A stretch of 64,000 bases of DNA, from contig CAWHHB010000005.1 in assembly GCA_963828995.1 (NCBI GenBank), forward strand, positions 249,338 to 313,337. Direction: 5' to 3'. The notes beneath the pieces are model-generated. The model had not been told where the DNA came from and did not search any database. It worked only from the letters and a program-made list of their open reading frames with translations. Source of the stretch: an uncultured Actinomycetota bacterium. GTDB lineage: Bacteria > Actinomycetota > Actinomycetes > Actinomycetales > Dermatophilaceae. This document shows positions 19,338-29,202 of this stretch, in pieces (position 1 is the stretch's first letter; each line of letters opens with the position of its first letter). Both the position numbers and the translations under genes were made by a program.

Positions 19338-20841
19338 GTGCTCGGCGTGCTGTCCGGGCTCGTCGCCCTGCTCGCCCTGGTGCCGCTGTTCTTCGTGGTC
19401 GTCTACACCGTCAGCATCGGCTGGGACCAGGCGTGGGCGCTCGTCGTGCGGCCCCGCGTCGCCGAGCTGCTGTCCAACACCGGCCGGCTGGTCATCGGCT
19501 GCATGCTGCTCACCGCCGTCATCGGCACCGCGGCGGCGTGGGTGGTCGAGCGGACCCGCCTGCCCGGCCGGCGGGTCTGGAACATCCTGCTCGTGGCGCC
19601 GCTGGCCGTCCCGGCCTTCGTCAACAGCTTCGGCTGGGTGTCGCTGACCTCCCGGGTCGAGGGCTTCGGCGGGGCGCTGCTGGTGGTGACGCTGTCGTAC
19701 TACCCGCTGGTGTACCTGCCCGTCGCCGCGGCGCTGCGCGGACTGGACCCCGCCCTGGAGGAGACCGCCCTCAGCCTCGGCCACGGTCCCTGGCGCACGT
19801 TCGCCCGGGTGACGCTGCCGCAGCTGCGGCCCGCGATGTACGGCGGCGCGCTGCTGGTCGGCCTGCACCTGCTGGCCGAGTTCGGCGCCCTGCAGCTGCT
19901 GCGCTACGACACCTTCACCACGGCCATCTACGACCAGTACCGCTCCTCCTTCAACGGCCCCGCGGCGACCATGCTGGCCAGCGTGCTGGTGCTGTGCTGC
20001 CTGCTGCTGCTGCTGCTCGAGATGCGGGTGCGCGGGCACCACCGCTACGCCCGGGTCGGCGGCGGCGTCGCCCGCAGCCTCCCGCGGCGACGGCTCGGCC
20101 GCTCGTTCCTGCCGGTGCTGGCCGGCCTGACCCTGCTCGTCGGCCTGGCCCTCGGCGTCCCCATGGGCAGCCTGGCGCACTGGCTGGTCGTCGGCTCCTC
20201 CACCGCGTTCCCGGTCGGCGAGCTGGTCAGCACCACCCTGAGCACGCTCGGCCTCGGCCTGACCGGCGCGGCGCTGACCATCGCTGCTGGCCCTGCCGGT
20301 CGCCTGGCTCGCGGTGCGCCACCGCAGCGGGTTCGCCACCCTCACCGAGCGCAGCACCTACTTCAGCAACGCCCTGCCCGGCATCGTGGTCGCCCTCGCG
20401 CTGGTGACGGTGTCGCTGCGGGTGGTGCCCGCGATCTACCAGACCATCGGCATGCTGCTCGCGGCCTACGCGATCATGTTCCTGCCCCGGGCCATGGTCA
20501 GCCTGCGGGCCGCGATGTCCCAGGCCCCACCGGTGCTCGACGACGTGGCGCACGCGCTCGGCGCCGGGCCGACGGCGACGTTCCGGCGGGTCACCCTGCC
20601 GCTCATCGCGCCGGGTCTCGGCGCCGGGGCGGCGCTCGTGTTCCTCGCGGTGACCACCGAGCTGACCGCCACGCTGCTGCTCGCGCCGATCGGCACCCAG
20701 ACCCTGGCGACCCAGTTCTGGAGCAACAGCACCAGCATCGCCTATGGTGCGGCTGCGCCGTACGCCGCGCTGATCGTGCTGATCTCGCTGCCCGCCACGT
20801 TCCTGCTCACCCGCGAAGCCCGGAGGTCGACCACCGAATGA
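19338..20841 (+). CDS. Iron ABC transporter permease (two-domain FbpB-like), one frame break
   Basis: Hydrophobic, with two permease halves (..EETALSLGHGPWRTFARVTLPQLRP.. and ..DDVAHALGAGPTATFRRVTLPLIAP..). The frame break is near 20285 (ORF 18729..22238 frame, then 20314..20841). The start codon is uncertain; GTG 19338 was chosen. Confidence 0.75.
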
Positions 20842-21930
20842 CCGCCCTCACGTTGCGGGGTGTCACCAAGTCGTTCGGCAGCACCACCGTGCTGCACGGC
20901 GTCGACCTCGACGTGCCCCCGCGCGAGCTGACCGCCATCCTCGGGCCGTCCGGCTGCGGCAAGACCACCCTGCTGCGGCTGATCGCCGGGTTCCTCGACC
21001 CGGACGCCGGCACCATCCGGTTCGGCGACCAGGAGGTGTTCGGCCCGGGGCGGTCCCTGCCCCCGCAACGCCGCCGGGTCGGCTACGTGCCCCAGGAGGG
21101 CGCGCTGTTCCCCCACCTCGACGTGGCGGGGAACATCACCTTCGGCATGCCGCGGGGCGCCCGGCGCAAGGGCACCCGGGTGGCAGGAGCTGCTCGAGCT
21201 GGTCGGGCTGCCGTCCGCGGTGAGCACCCGCCTGCCGCACGAGCTCTCCGGCGGCCAGCAGCAGCGCGTGGCGCTGGCCCGGGCCCTGGCGCCGTCGCCC
21301 TCGGTGGTCCTGCTCGACGAGCCGTTCGCCTCGCTGGACGCCGGGCTGCGCGAGGGCACCGGCCGGGCGGTGGCCGACGCCCTGCGCCAGGCCAGCGCCA
21401 CCGGCATCCTGGTCACCCACGACCAGGGCGAGGCGCTGTCCCTGGCCGACCAGGTGGCGGTCATGCGCGACGGGCGCCTGGCGCAGGTCGGCACCCCCAA
21501 GCAGGTCTACGACGCGCCCGCCGACCTCGACGTCGCGCGGTTCGTCGGCGGCGCCGTGGTGCTGCCCGCCGTGGTGGCGGGCGGCCACGCGACCAGCGTC
21601 CTCGGCACCCTCGACGTGCCCGTCGGCGCCACCCAGGGCGCCGTCGAGGTGCTCGTCCGCCCCGAGCAGATCGTGCTCACCCCCGCGGGCCACAACAGCA
21701 CGCCGGTCGCCGCGCCCGGCGCCGTACCGCTGGCCCCCGGCGACGGGCCGACGGCCACGGTGCGCGAGGTCAGCTACTTCGGCCACGACTGTGCCGTGCG
21801 CCTGCAGCTGGCCGGCACCGGGGAGCAGGTGACCTCACGGATGGTCGGCGAGGACGCGCCGGCCACGGGCGAGGTGGTCGTCCTGAGCGTCCGCGGGCCG
21901 GTCAGCGTCTACGCACCCGTGGCCGGCTGA
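20838..21930 (+). CDS. Iron ABC transporter ATP-binding protein (FbpC-like), one frame break
   Basis: ATG 20838 overlaps the permease stop (ATGA). Walker A is GPSGCGKTT, the signature is LSGGQQQRV and Walker B is VVLLDEP. The frame break is near 21180. Confidence 0.8.
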
Positions 21931-21957
21931 CCACCCCGGCCTCGCTAGGATTCGCGC

Positions 21958-22983
21958 GTGGGCCACGCACGCTTTCCCGACCGTGCCGCGACCGGGGTGG
22001 TGGAGGTGCGCTCCGACCTCGACGGGCTGGACCGCGGCGGCTTCTGGGCGGTGGTGGTCACCTTCGAGGGCACGGTGACCTGCGTGCGGTTCGCCTCCGT
22101 CACCCGGTCGACGGCGCCACCTGTGGGCGGCGCGGCCGCCCTCTGGCCCGGGGTCGGGTCGGCGTGGCACAGCTCCCTGGACGAGCAGGCCTACCGCGCC
22201 GGTGTGGGCGACATCCGCGACCGGATCGCCGCCGGTGAGGTCTACCAGGTCAACCTCTGCCGCATCCTGAGCCACCCGCTGCCGGACAGCGCCCCGCTGC
22301 ACGCCCTGTACGACGTGCTCGCCGAGGGCAACCCCGCGCCGTACGCCTGCCTGGTGGACGTCCCCGAGGCCGGGCTGGAGGTGGTCAGCGCCTCGCCCGA
22401 GCTGTTCCTGCGCCGCAGCGGCGACCGGGTCGAGTCGCGCCCGATCAAGGGCACCGCGGTCGACGCGGGGGCGATGCTGGCCAAGGACTACGCCGAGAAC
22501 GTCATGATCGCCGACCTCGTCCGCAACGACCTGGGGCACGTCTGCCGGCCGGGCACCGTCAGCGTCGACGCGCTGTGTGCCCCGGAGGAGCACCCGGGGC
22601 TGGTCCACCTCGTCACGACGGTGTCGGGGCGGCTGCGCCCGGGCGTGCGGTGGCGCGAGATCGCCGACGCCACCCTGCCGCCGGGGTCGGTGTCGGGTGC
22701 GCCCAAGTCGTCGGCGCTGCGGGCCATCGCCGAGCTCGAGTCGGCCGCGCGCGGGCCGTACTGCGGTGCCGTGGGCTGGGTCGACGCCGACGCGGGGGAG
22801 GCCTGCCTCGCCGTCGGCATCCGCACGTTCTGGGCCGACCGGGACGAGGCCGGCCGGCGGTGGCTCCGCTTCGGCACCGGCGCCGGCATCACCTGGGACT
22901 CGGACCCGGGGCAGGAGTGGCGCGAGACCGAGCTGAAGGCGGCTCGTCTGGTCGGACTGGCATCTGGAAGGGTCAGGGTATGA
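21958..22983 (+). CDS. pabB: Chorismate-binding enzyme, aminodeoxychorismate synthase component I-like (short form)
   Basis: Intact 341-aa ORF: SPELFL..SRPIKGT..AENVMIADLVRND..PGSVSGAPK..RGPYCGAVGW..RTFW. It is followed by a coupled class IV aminotransferase. Confidence 0.7.
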   Translation: MGHARFPDRAATGVVEVRSDLDGLDRGGFWAVVVTFEGTVTCVRFASVTRSTAPPVGGAAALWPGVGSAWHSSLDEQAYRAGVGDIRDRIAAGEVYQVNLCRILSHPLPDSAPLHALYDVLAEGNPAPYACLVDVPEAGLEVVSASPELFLRRSGDRVESRPIKGTAVDAGAMLAKDYAENVMIADLVRNDLGHVCRPGTVSVDALCAPEEHPGLVHLVTTVSGRLRPGVRWREIADATLPPGSVSGAPKSSALRAIAELESAARGPYCGAVGWVDADAGEACLAVGIRTFWADRDEAGRRWLRFGTGAGITWDSDPGQEWRETELKAARLVGLASGRVRV

Positions 22984-23825
22984 GCGATGACGTGCGGGTC
23001 TGGGTCAACGGTGCGCTGGTGGAGGCGACGGCTCCGGCGATCGCCGCCCTCGACCACGGGGTGACCGTCGGCGACGGGGTGTTCGAGACCTGCAAGGTCG
23101 CCGACGGCCGAGGGTTCGCGCTGGGCCGGCACGCCCGGCGGCTGGACCACTCCCTGGCCGGTCTCGGGCTGCCGGCGGCCGACCACGCGTACATCGACAA
23201 GGGTGTGGCGGCGGTGCTGGACGGCCCGCCGCTCGCCTTCGGCCGGTTGCGCTACAGCGTCACCGGCGGCGCGGGGCCGCTGGGTTCCGACCGCAGCGAC
23301 TCGGCGCTCACCTACATCGTCACGGCCGGCCCGCAGCCCCGGCCACCCGCGCACGCCCGGGTGGTGGTCGTGCCGTGGACCCGCAACGAGCGCAGCGCGA
23401 CCGCCGGGCTGAAGACGACGTCGTACGCCGAGAACGTCGTGGCCCTGGCCTACGCCAAGCAGCGCGGCGGCATCGAGGCGATCTTCGCCAACACCCGCGG
23501 GGAGCTCTGCGAGGGCACCGGCACCAACGTCTTCGTCGTCGTGGACGGCGAGCTGCTCACCCCGCCGCTGGAGTCCGGCTGCCTCGCCGGCATCACCCGC
23601 GAGCTGACCCTGGAGTGGTGTCGCGCCGAGGGGCTGGCCGTGCGTGAGCAGACGATGCCGCTGTCGGTGCTGCAGACCGCCGACGAGGTCTTCATCACCT
23701 CCTCGACCAAGGACGTCCTGGCCGTCTCCGGCGTCGACGACCGTGACCTGCCCGCCCCGGGACCGGTCACGCGACGGGCGGCCGAGATCTTCGCCCGGCT
23801 GTCCGCGGAGCGGGTCGACCCGTGA
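22980..23825 (+). CDS. pabC: Class IV aminotransferase (aminodeoxychorismate lyase-like)
   Basis: ATG 22980 overlaps the pabB stop. Sequence: HGVTVGDGVFET..RHARRLDHS..GLKTTSYAENV..EAIFANTRGELCEGTGTNVF..GCLAGITR. Confidence 0.7.
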   Translation: MSDDVRVWVNGALVEATAPAIAALDHGVTVGDGVFETCKVADGRGFALGRHARRLDHSLAGLGLPAADHAYIDKGVAAVLDGPPLAFGRLRYSVTGGAGPLGSDRSDSALTYIVTAGPQPRPPAHARVVVVPWTRNERSATAGLKTTSYAENVVALAYAKQRGGIEAIFANTRGELCEGTGTNVFVVVDGELLTPPLESGCLAGITRELTLEWCRAEGLAVREQTMPLSVLQTADEVFITSSTKDVLAVSGVDDRDLPAPGPVTRRAAEIFARLSAERVDP

Positions 23826-24307
23826 CCGGGGGGCTGCGGGTCGAGCCGATGACCGACGCCGAGCTCGCGTCGTACCTGCAGGGGTCCCTGGAGGGCTACG
23901 TCCGGCAACGCGTCGACCTGGGCGGGGAGCGGCCCGAGCTGGCCCGACGGATCGCGCAGGAGCAGTACGCCGGGTTCTTCCCCGACGGCGTGCCGGCGGA
24001 GGGGCACGTGCTGTTCACCGGCAGCGACGCCGGCACCGGTGCGACCGTGGGACGCCTGTGGCTGCACGCCCGCAACGACGGGTCCGGAACCAGCGTCTGG
24101 GTCTATGACGTTGAGGTGGACGAGGACCGACGAGGACAGGGCTGGGGTCGAGCGCTGATGACGTACGCCGAGCAGTGGGCCCGCGAGCGGGGCGCCGGCG
24201 AGATCGGTCTCAACGTGTTCGGTGGCAACACCGCGGCCCGCCGGCTCTACACCTCACTGGGGTACGGCGAGCGCTCGGTCACCATGAGCCGGCGGCTGGC
24301 CCCGTGA
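23822..24307 (+). CDS. GNAT family N-acetyltransferase
   Basis: 161-aa ORF containing VYDVEVDEDRRGQGWGRALMTYAEQWARERGAGEIGLNVFGGNTAARRLYTSLGY (acetyl-CoA binding motif). Its start overlaps the pabC stop. Confidence 0.7.
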   Translation: MTGGLRVEPMTDAELASYLQGSLEGYVRQRVDLGGERPELARRIAQEQYAGFFPDGVPAEGHVLFTGSDAGTGATVGRLWLHARNDGSGTSVWVYDVEVDEDRRGQGWGRALMTYAEQWARERGAGEIGLNVFGGNTAARRLYTSLGYGERSVTMSRRLAP

Positions 24308-24759
24308 GCCGCCCGGTCGGTGCTCCCGACGACGGCAAGGCCACCCTGGACGCCGCCGACGACGACTGGGCCTGGCGGCGCAGGATCCGGTCCCACCCCG
24401 CCTCGCACCGGGTCTACCGCATCGTGGTGGGTCTCGTCGGGCTGCTCATCGTGGTCGGTGGGCTCGCGCTGGTGCCGCTGCCCGGGCCCGGCTGGATCAT
24501 CGTCTTCGTCGGGCTGGCGGTCTGGGCCTCGGAGTTCGAGTGGGCCCACCGGCTGCTGCAGTACGCCCGGCACCGGCTGCACGTCTGGAGCCAGTGGCTG
24601 AAGCCCAGACCCTGGTGGGTCAAGGGCCTGGTCGGGCTGGGCACGGCCGTCCTGGTGGCGGCGTTCTTCTACCTGCTCTTTCTGGTGAGCGGGGTCCCCG
24701 GGTTCTTCCCGGACCGGGCCGAGGGCTGGCTGGCCACGGTGCCCGGTCTGGACGGCTAG
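24304..24759 (+). CDS. Small membrane protein with PGPGW motif (TIGR02611-like)
   Basis: GTG 24304 overlaps the GNAT stop. Sequence: LALVPLPGPGWIIVFVGLAVWASEFEWAHRLL, plus a second TM helix. Confidence 0.5.
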   Translation: MSRPVGAPDDGKATLDAADDDWAWRRRIRSHPASHRVYRIVVGLVGLLIVVGGLALVPLPGPGWIIVFVGLAVWASEFEWAHRLLQYARHRLHVWSQWLKPRPWWVKGLVGLGTAVLVAAFFYLLFLVSGVPGFFPDRAEGWLATVPGLDG

Positions 24760-24840
24760 ACCGGGCCGGGGCCCCATTAGGTCACCGGCCGCGGACCGGC
24801 TATTCTTCCTGTCCGTCGCCCGGTTCGCCGGGCTGCCTGC

Positions 24841-24914
24841 GGACGTATAGCTCAGTTGGTTAGAGCGCTCGCTTCACACGCGAGAGGTCAGGGGTTCGAG
24901 TCCCTTTACGTCCA
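24841..24914 (+). tRNA. tRNA-Val (anticodon CAC)
   Basis: 74-nt cloverleaf. Acceptor GGACGTA/TACGTCC, D arm GCTC-AGTTGGTTA-GAGC, anticodon arm CTCGC-TTCACAC-GCGAG, T arm AGGGG-TTCGAGT-CCCTT. CCA is not encoded. Confidence 0.9.
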
Positions 24915-24924
24915 CCGACAGAAC

Positions 24925-24963
24925 ACGAACGGCCCGCAACCCCTGAGGGTGCGGGCCGTTCGT
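24925..24963 (+). terminator. Stem-loop after tRNA-Val (terminator-like, no U tract)
   Basis: A 14-bp perfect stem, acgaacggcccgca / tgcgggccgttcgt, with an 11-nt loop. Confidence 0.4.
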
Positions 24964-25002
24964 CGTACCCGCTCTGCGCGACCGGGCTCGGCGTCAGGTT
25001 GG

Positions 25003-25299
25003 CACTACCGCGACGGCGGGGTGGGGAACCTGCGCTGGGCGGTGCCCGCGCTGCTGCTGTCGACGCTGTTCACGCTCGCCGTCGGCCCGGCGCAGACGCT
25101 GTTCGCCAAGCGCCTCGCCGTGCCCGAGGTCCGCCGGCACAGCCGGTGGTTCTGGAGCTACCTGCTGGTGTCCTCGATCGTCTACACGGAGTGGAAGAAC
25201 ATCATCGCCCGTGTCGCCCAGGTCAAGGAGCTGCTGGGGGAGCACCAGTGGAACGTCACCCCGCGCACCACCGAGACCCCGAACGAGGTGAGCGCATGA
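25003..25299 (+). pseudogene. C-terminal remnant of a family 2 glycosyltransferase (polysaccharide synthase-like)
   Basis: Only the last ~95 aa are recognisable: NLRWAVPALLLSTLFTLAVGPAQ..SSIVYTEWKNIIARVAQVKELLGEHQWNVTPR. The open frame runs back into the tRNA, so there is no N-terminal catalytic domain. The stop overlaps the next ATG (ATGA 25296-25299). Confidence 0.45.
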
Positions 25300-26044
25300 G
25301 CGTCCACACCGACACCGCACCAGCGGTCACGCCCGCTGCGACCCGCGCCGGGTCGCCTGAGCGCCGTGCGCTCCGGTGCGCCGGAGGCCGCCCCGAGGCG
25401 CGCCCGCTCCCGCGAGCTGGAGGGCTACCGGGGCATCGCCGCCCTGGCGATCGTCGCCTTCCACGTCTGCCAGTACGCCCTCGCCCACACGACCAACCCG
25501 GTGTTCTCGGTCGCGCTTCGGGGCGTTCGCGGTCGGCATGGGGCTCGCGGTCTTCGCCGCGTCGCGCCGTTCGGAGCCGCTGTTCCGCGGTGTCTGGCCG
25601 AGCGTGCTGCGGGTGGCGGCGCTGGGCATCGTGCTGGGCGCCACGGCGCTGAACCGGTCCGGCACCTACGGCCAGGTCGCCTACCACGACATCGCCGCGC
25701 TCGGCTGGCTGCTGCTGCTCGCCAGCACGGTGCTCGGGGAGCGGGGCCAGACGTGGTCGCGCTGGCTGTCCTGGCGGCCCCTGACGCTGGCCGGTCTGAT
25801 CAGCTACAGCACGTACATGTGGCACGAGCCGGTCATGATGCTGCTCGGCCACGTCGGGCTGACCAGCCGGTCGGCGGCCGCGCTGCCGTGGTCGATCCTC
25901 ACCGTCCTCGTCGTCTCCGTCCTCGTCGGCGCGATCAGCTACCGGGTCATCGAGTACCCCACCGGCAAGCTGCGGGCGCTCCGCGGGCGGGACGGCCGGT
26001 CGCGCAACTACTACCCCGAGCTGACGTCCACCGGGAACAGCTGA
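25296..26044 (+). CDS. Acyltransferase family 3-like membrane protein, unusually short (~250 aa) and frame-broken
   Basis: The N-terminal motif is RSRELEGYRGIAALAIVAFHVCQY. The C-terminal part is LTLAGLISYSTYMWHEPVMMLL..AISYRVIEYP. Frame breaks fall near 25375 and 25515. The middle TM helices expected in this family appear to be missing. Confidence 0.5.
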
Positions 26045-26085
26045 CCCCGGTCGGCCCTGGACCGGCCCGTGAGACCCTCGTGGGC

Positions 26086-26440
26086 ATGGAGTCGCAGCAG
26101 GGTCACGAGGTCACCGGCATCCGCATCTTCCCCGTCAGCGGCGAGCCCGGACAGAGCCTGGACACGGCGCAGGTCGAGGCCGGGGGTCTGGCGGGGGACC
26201 GGCGCAAGAAGTCCCCCGTGCACCTGGTCAGCAGCGCCCAGCCCGACGTGGAGACGGTCCGGGCCAACCTCGTCGTGACCCTGACGCCGGACGAGCTCGA
26301 GGCCTGCGTCGGCTCGGTGCTGCTGGCCGGGTCGGCGCGGCTGGCGGTCACCACCATCCCCGTCGGGCTGCCCCGGGGTGTACGCCACGGTGGAGACGCC
26401 CGGCGTCGTCTCGGTCGGCGATCCGGTGTCCCGGCCCTAA
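26086..26440 (+). CDS. Small MOSC-domain-like protein, one frame break
   Basis: MESQQGHEVTGIRIFPVSGEPGQSLDTAQVEAGGLAGDRR..ANLVVT. The C-terminus GVYATVETPGVVSVGDPVSRP (stop TAA 26438-26440) is in another frame, with the break near 26375. Confidence 0.45.
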
Positions 26441-26556
26441 CTGCCGCGCGATCGCCGACGGCGGGCCGATAGCATCGATCCGGGTCGCCGCCACGGTGGT
26501 CGACCCACGCCGCCCGGCCGGGCGGCGTAGCCGTCGTCTCGTCCCAAGGAGCACCT

Positions 26557-28530
26557 GTGTCTGCCCTCATCACCGTGTCCGTCGCCGGAAGCGAGCGATC
26601 GGTCGCGGCGGACACGACGGCTGCTGACCTGTTCGCCGACGACAAGGCGGTCGTCGTCGCCCGCGTCAACGACCAGCTGCGCGACCTGGCCCACGTCCTC
26701 GCCGACGGCGACGCCGTCGAGCCGGTGACCATCGACTCCGAGGACGGCCTGGCGGTCCTGCGCCACTCCGCGGCGCACGTGCTCGCCCAGGCGGTGCAGG
26801 AGGTCAACCCCTCGGCCCGCCTCGGCATCGGGCCGCCCATCCGCGACGGGTTCTACTACGACTTCGACGTGGAGGACCCGTTCACCCCCGATGACCTCAA
26901 GAAGCTCGAGAAGGTCATGCAGCGGATCGTCAACGAGGGCCAGACCTTCTCGCGCCGGGTGATCTCCGACGACGACGCCCGCGCCGAGCTGGCCGACGAG
27001 CCCTACAAGCTCGAGCTGATCGGGCTCAAGGGCGGCGCCGCCGAGGCGGCCGAGGGCGCAGGGGCGGAGGTCGGCGAGGGTGCGCTGACCATCTACGACA
27101 ACCTCAAGCGGGACGGCGCGCTGGCCTGGCGCGACCTGTGCCGCGGGCCGCACCTGCCCACCACCAAGCTGCTGGGCAACGCGTTCAAGCTGATGCGCTC
27201 GGCCGCGGCGTACTGGCGCGGCTCGGAGAAGAACCCGCAGCTGCAGCGGGTCTACGGCACCGCCTGGCCCTCCAAGGACGACCTCAAGGCCTACCTCGAG
27301 CGGCTGGCCGAGGCCGAGCGCCGCGACCACCGCAAGCTCGGCGCCGAGCTGGACCTGTTCTCCTTCCCGGACGAGATCGGCTCGGGCATGGCGGTGTTCC
27401 ACCCCAAGGGCGGGATCATCCGCCGCGAGATGGAGGGCTACGTCCGCCAGCGGCACATCGACGAGGGCTTCGACTTCGTCAACACCCCGCACATCAGCAA
27501 GGACGGCCTGTTCCACACCTCCGGGCACCTGCCGTACTACGCCGACACGATGTTCCCGGCGATGGAGCTCGAGGGCGCGGAGTACCGCCTGAAGGCGATG
27601 AACTGCCCGATGCACAACCTCATCTACAGCTCCCGCGGGCGGTCCTACCGCGAGCTGCCGCTGCGGCTGTTCGAGTTCGGGTCGGTCTACCGCTTCGAGC
27701 GGTCCGGCGTGGTGCACGGCCTGACCCGGGTCCGTGGCATGACCCAGGACGACTCGCACACCTACTGCACCCCCGAGCAGGCGCCGGGCGAGATCAGGAA
27801 GCTGCTCGACTTCGTCCTCGGGCTGCTGCGTGACTTCGGTCTCGACGACTTCTACCTCGAGCTGTCGACCCGGGACGACAGCTCCGACAAGTTCATCGGC
27901 AGCGACGAGGACTGGGCGGAGGCGACGCGCATCCTCGAGGAGACCGCGCTGGCCTCCGGCCTCGAGCTCGTGCCCGACCCGGGCGGCGCGGCGTTCTACG
28001 GGCCGAAGATCTCGGTGCAGACCCGCGACGCGATCGGGCGCACCTGGCAGATGTCGACGATCCAGTACGACTTCAACCAGCCCGAGCGCTTCGGCCTGGA
28101 GTTCCAGGCCTCCGACGGCTCGCGCCAGCGGCCGGTGATGATCCACTCGGCCAAGTTCGGGTCGATCGAGCGCTTCCTCGGCGTGCTCGTCGAGCACTAC
28201 GCCGGCGCCTTCCCCCCGTGGCTCGCCCCGGTGCAGGTGCTCGGCATCCCGGTGGCCGACGAGTACAACGAGTACCTGTTCGACATCGCCGACCGGCTGA
28301 AGAAGCAGGGGGTCCGGGTGGAGATCGACATCTCCGACGACCGGTTCCCCAAGAAGATCCGCACGGCGCAGAAGTCCAAGGTGCCGTTCATGCTGATCGC
28401 CGGCGAGGACGACCGGTCGGCCGGCGCGGTGTCGTTCCGCTACCGCGACGGGTCGCAGAAGAACGGCGTGCCGGTGGACGAGGCGGTGGCCGAGATCGTC
28501 GCCGCGGTCGAGGCCCGGGTGCAGGTCTGA
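26557..28530 (+). CDS. thrS: Threonine--tRNA ligase
   Basis: Intact 657-aa ORF with an AAGGAG RBS. It has a TGS-like N-terminus, the editing-domain motif [11 protein letters not shown], class II motifs (FRREM-like [32 protein letters not shown]) and an anticodon-binding C-terminus. Confidence 0.95.
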   Translation: MSALITVSVAGSERSVAADTTAADLFADDKAVVVARVNDQLRDLAHVLADGDAVEPVTIDSEDGLAVLRHSAAHVLAQAVQEVNPSARLGIGPPIRDGFYYDFDVEDPFTPDDLKKLEKVMQRIVNEGQTFSRRVISDDDARAELADEPYKLELIGLKGGAAEAAEGAGAEVGEGALTIYDNLKRDGALAWRDLCRGPHLPTTKLLGNAFKLMRSAAAYWRGSEKNPQLQRVYGTAWPSKDDLKAYLERLAEAERRDHRKLGAELDLFSFPDEIGSGMAVFHPKGGIIRREMEGYVRQRHIDEGFDFVNTPHISKDGLFHTSGHLPYYADTMFPAMELEGAEYRLKAMNCPMHNLIYSSRGRSYRELPLRLFEFGSVYRFERSGVVHGLTRVRGMTQDDSHTYCTPEQAPGEIRKLLDFVLGLLRDFGLDDFYLELSTRDDSSDKFIGSDEDWAEATRILEETALASGLELVPDPGGAAFYGPKISVQTRDAIGRTWQMSTIQYDFNQPERFGLEFQASDGSRQRPVMIHSAKFGSIERFLGVLVEHYAGAFPPWLAPVQVLGIPVADEYNEYLFDIADRLKKQGVRVEIDISDDRFPKKIRTAQKSKVPFMLIAGEDDRSAGAVSFRYRDGSQKNGVPVDEAVAEIVAAVEARVQV

Positions 28531-28593
28531 GGGGCGTCAAGGCGGCCGAACCCGCGCGGGCACGGCCCGGCACGCGTGCATAGGATCGAGCAC

Positions 28594-29175
28594 ATGACGC
28601 ACGAGGTGCACGAGCCGGTCTCCGCCGCGCCGGCCGGCGACGTGACCCCGGCGGAGGACTTCGCCGGGGTCAGGGACGGCTTCGAGCGGCTCTGGACCCC
28701 GCACCGGATGGCCTACATCAACGGTGAGCGCCCGACCGACCACGCGGGGGACGGCTGCCCGTTCTGCGCCGCGCCCACCAAGGACGACGCCGAGGGGCTG
28801 ATCGTCCACCGCGGCGAGCACTGCTACGTCGTGATGAACCTGTTCCCGTACAACCCCGGGCACCTGCTCGTCTGCCCCTACCGCCACGTCTCGCTCTACG
28901 TGGACCTCACCGACGACGAGACGGCCGAGTTCACCGGGCTGACCAGGGCCGGCATCCGGGCGCTGGACGCCGCGTCGGCGCCGAACGGGTACAACATCGG
29001 CATGAACCAGGGCGCCGCCGCCGGCGCCGGGGTCAAGGCGCACCTGCACCAGCACGTCGTCCCGCGGTGGAACGGCGACTCGAACTTCCTGCCGGTCATC
29101 GCCCAGACGAAGGCGCTGCCGATGCTGCTGGAGGACGTGCGCCGCCGGCTGGTCGAGGCCTGGCCGACCGGCTGA
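28594..29175 (+). CDS. HIT family protein (Ap4A phosphorylase-like)
   Basis: CPFCAAP..VVMNLFPYNPGHLLVCPYRH..GYNIGMNQGAAAGAGVKAHLHQHVVPRW (histidine triad). The start was taken at the second ATG. Confidence 0.75.
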   Translation: MTHEVHEPVSAAPAGDVTPAEDFAGVRDGFERLWTPHRMAYINGERPTDHAGDGCPFCAAPTKDDAEGLIVHRGEHCYVVMNLFPYNPGHLLVCPYRHVSLYVDLTDDETAEFTGLTRAGIRALDAASAPNGYNIGMNQGAAAGAGVKAHLHQHVVPRWNGDSNFLPVIAQTKALPMLLEDVRRRLVEAWPTG

Positions 29176-29202
29176 GCGTCCGTGCGTCGGCTGGTGCCGC
29201 CG

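Noticed and set aside
18729-22238. 1169-aa plus-strand ORF that could be read as a giant fused ABC transporter protein.
   Set aside because: It is a composite. It starts as an out-of-frame read through the substrate-binding gene, is in frame with the permease, and then the ATPase N-terminus, only for stretches between frame breaks, and ends as an out-of-frame read through the rest of the ATPase gene and into pabB. The normal three-gene layout with ATGA coupling explains the sequence.
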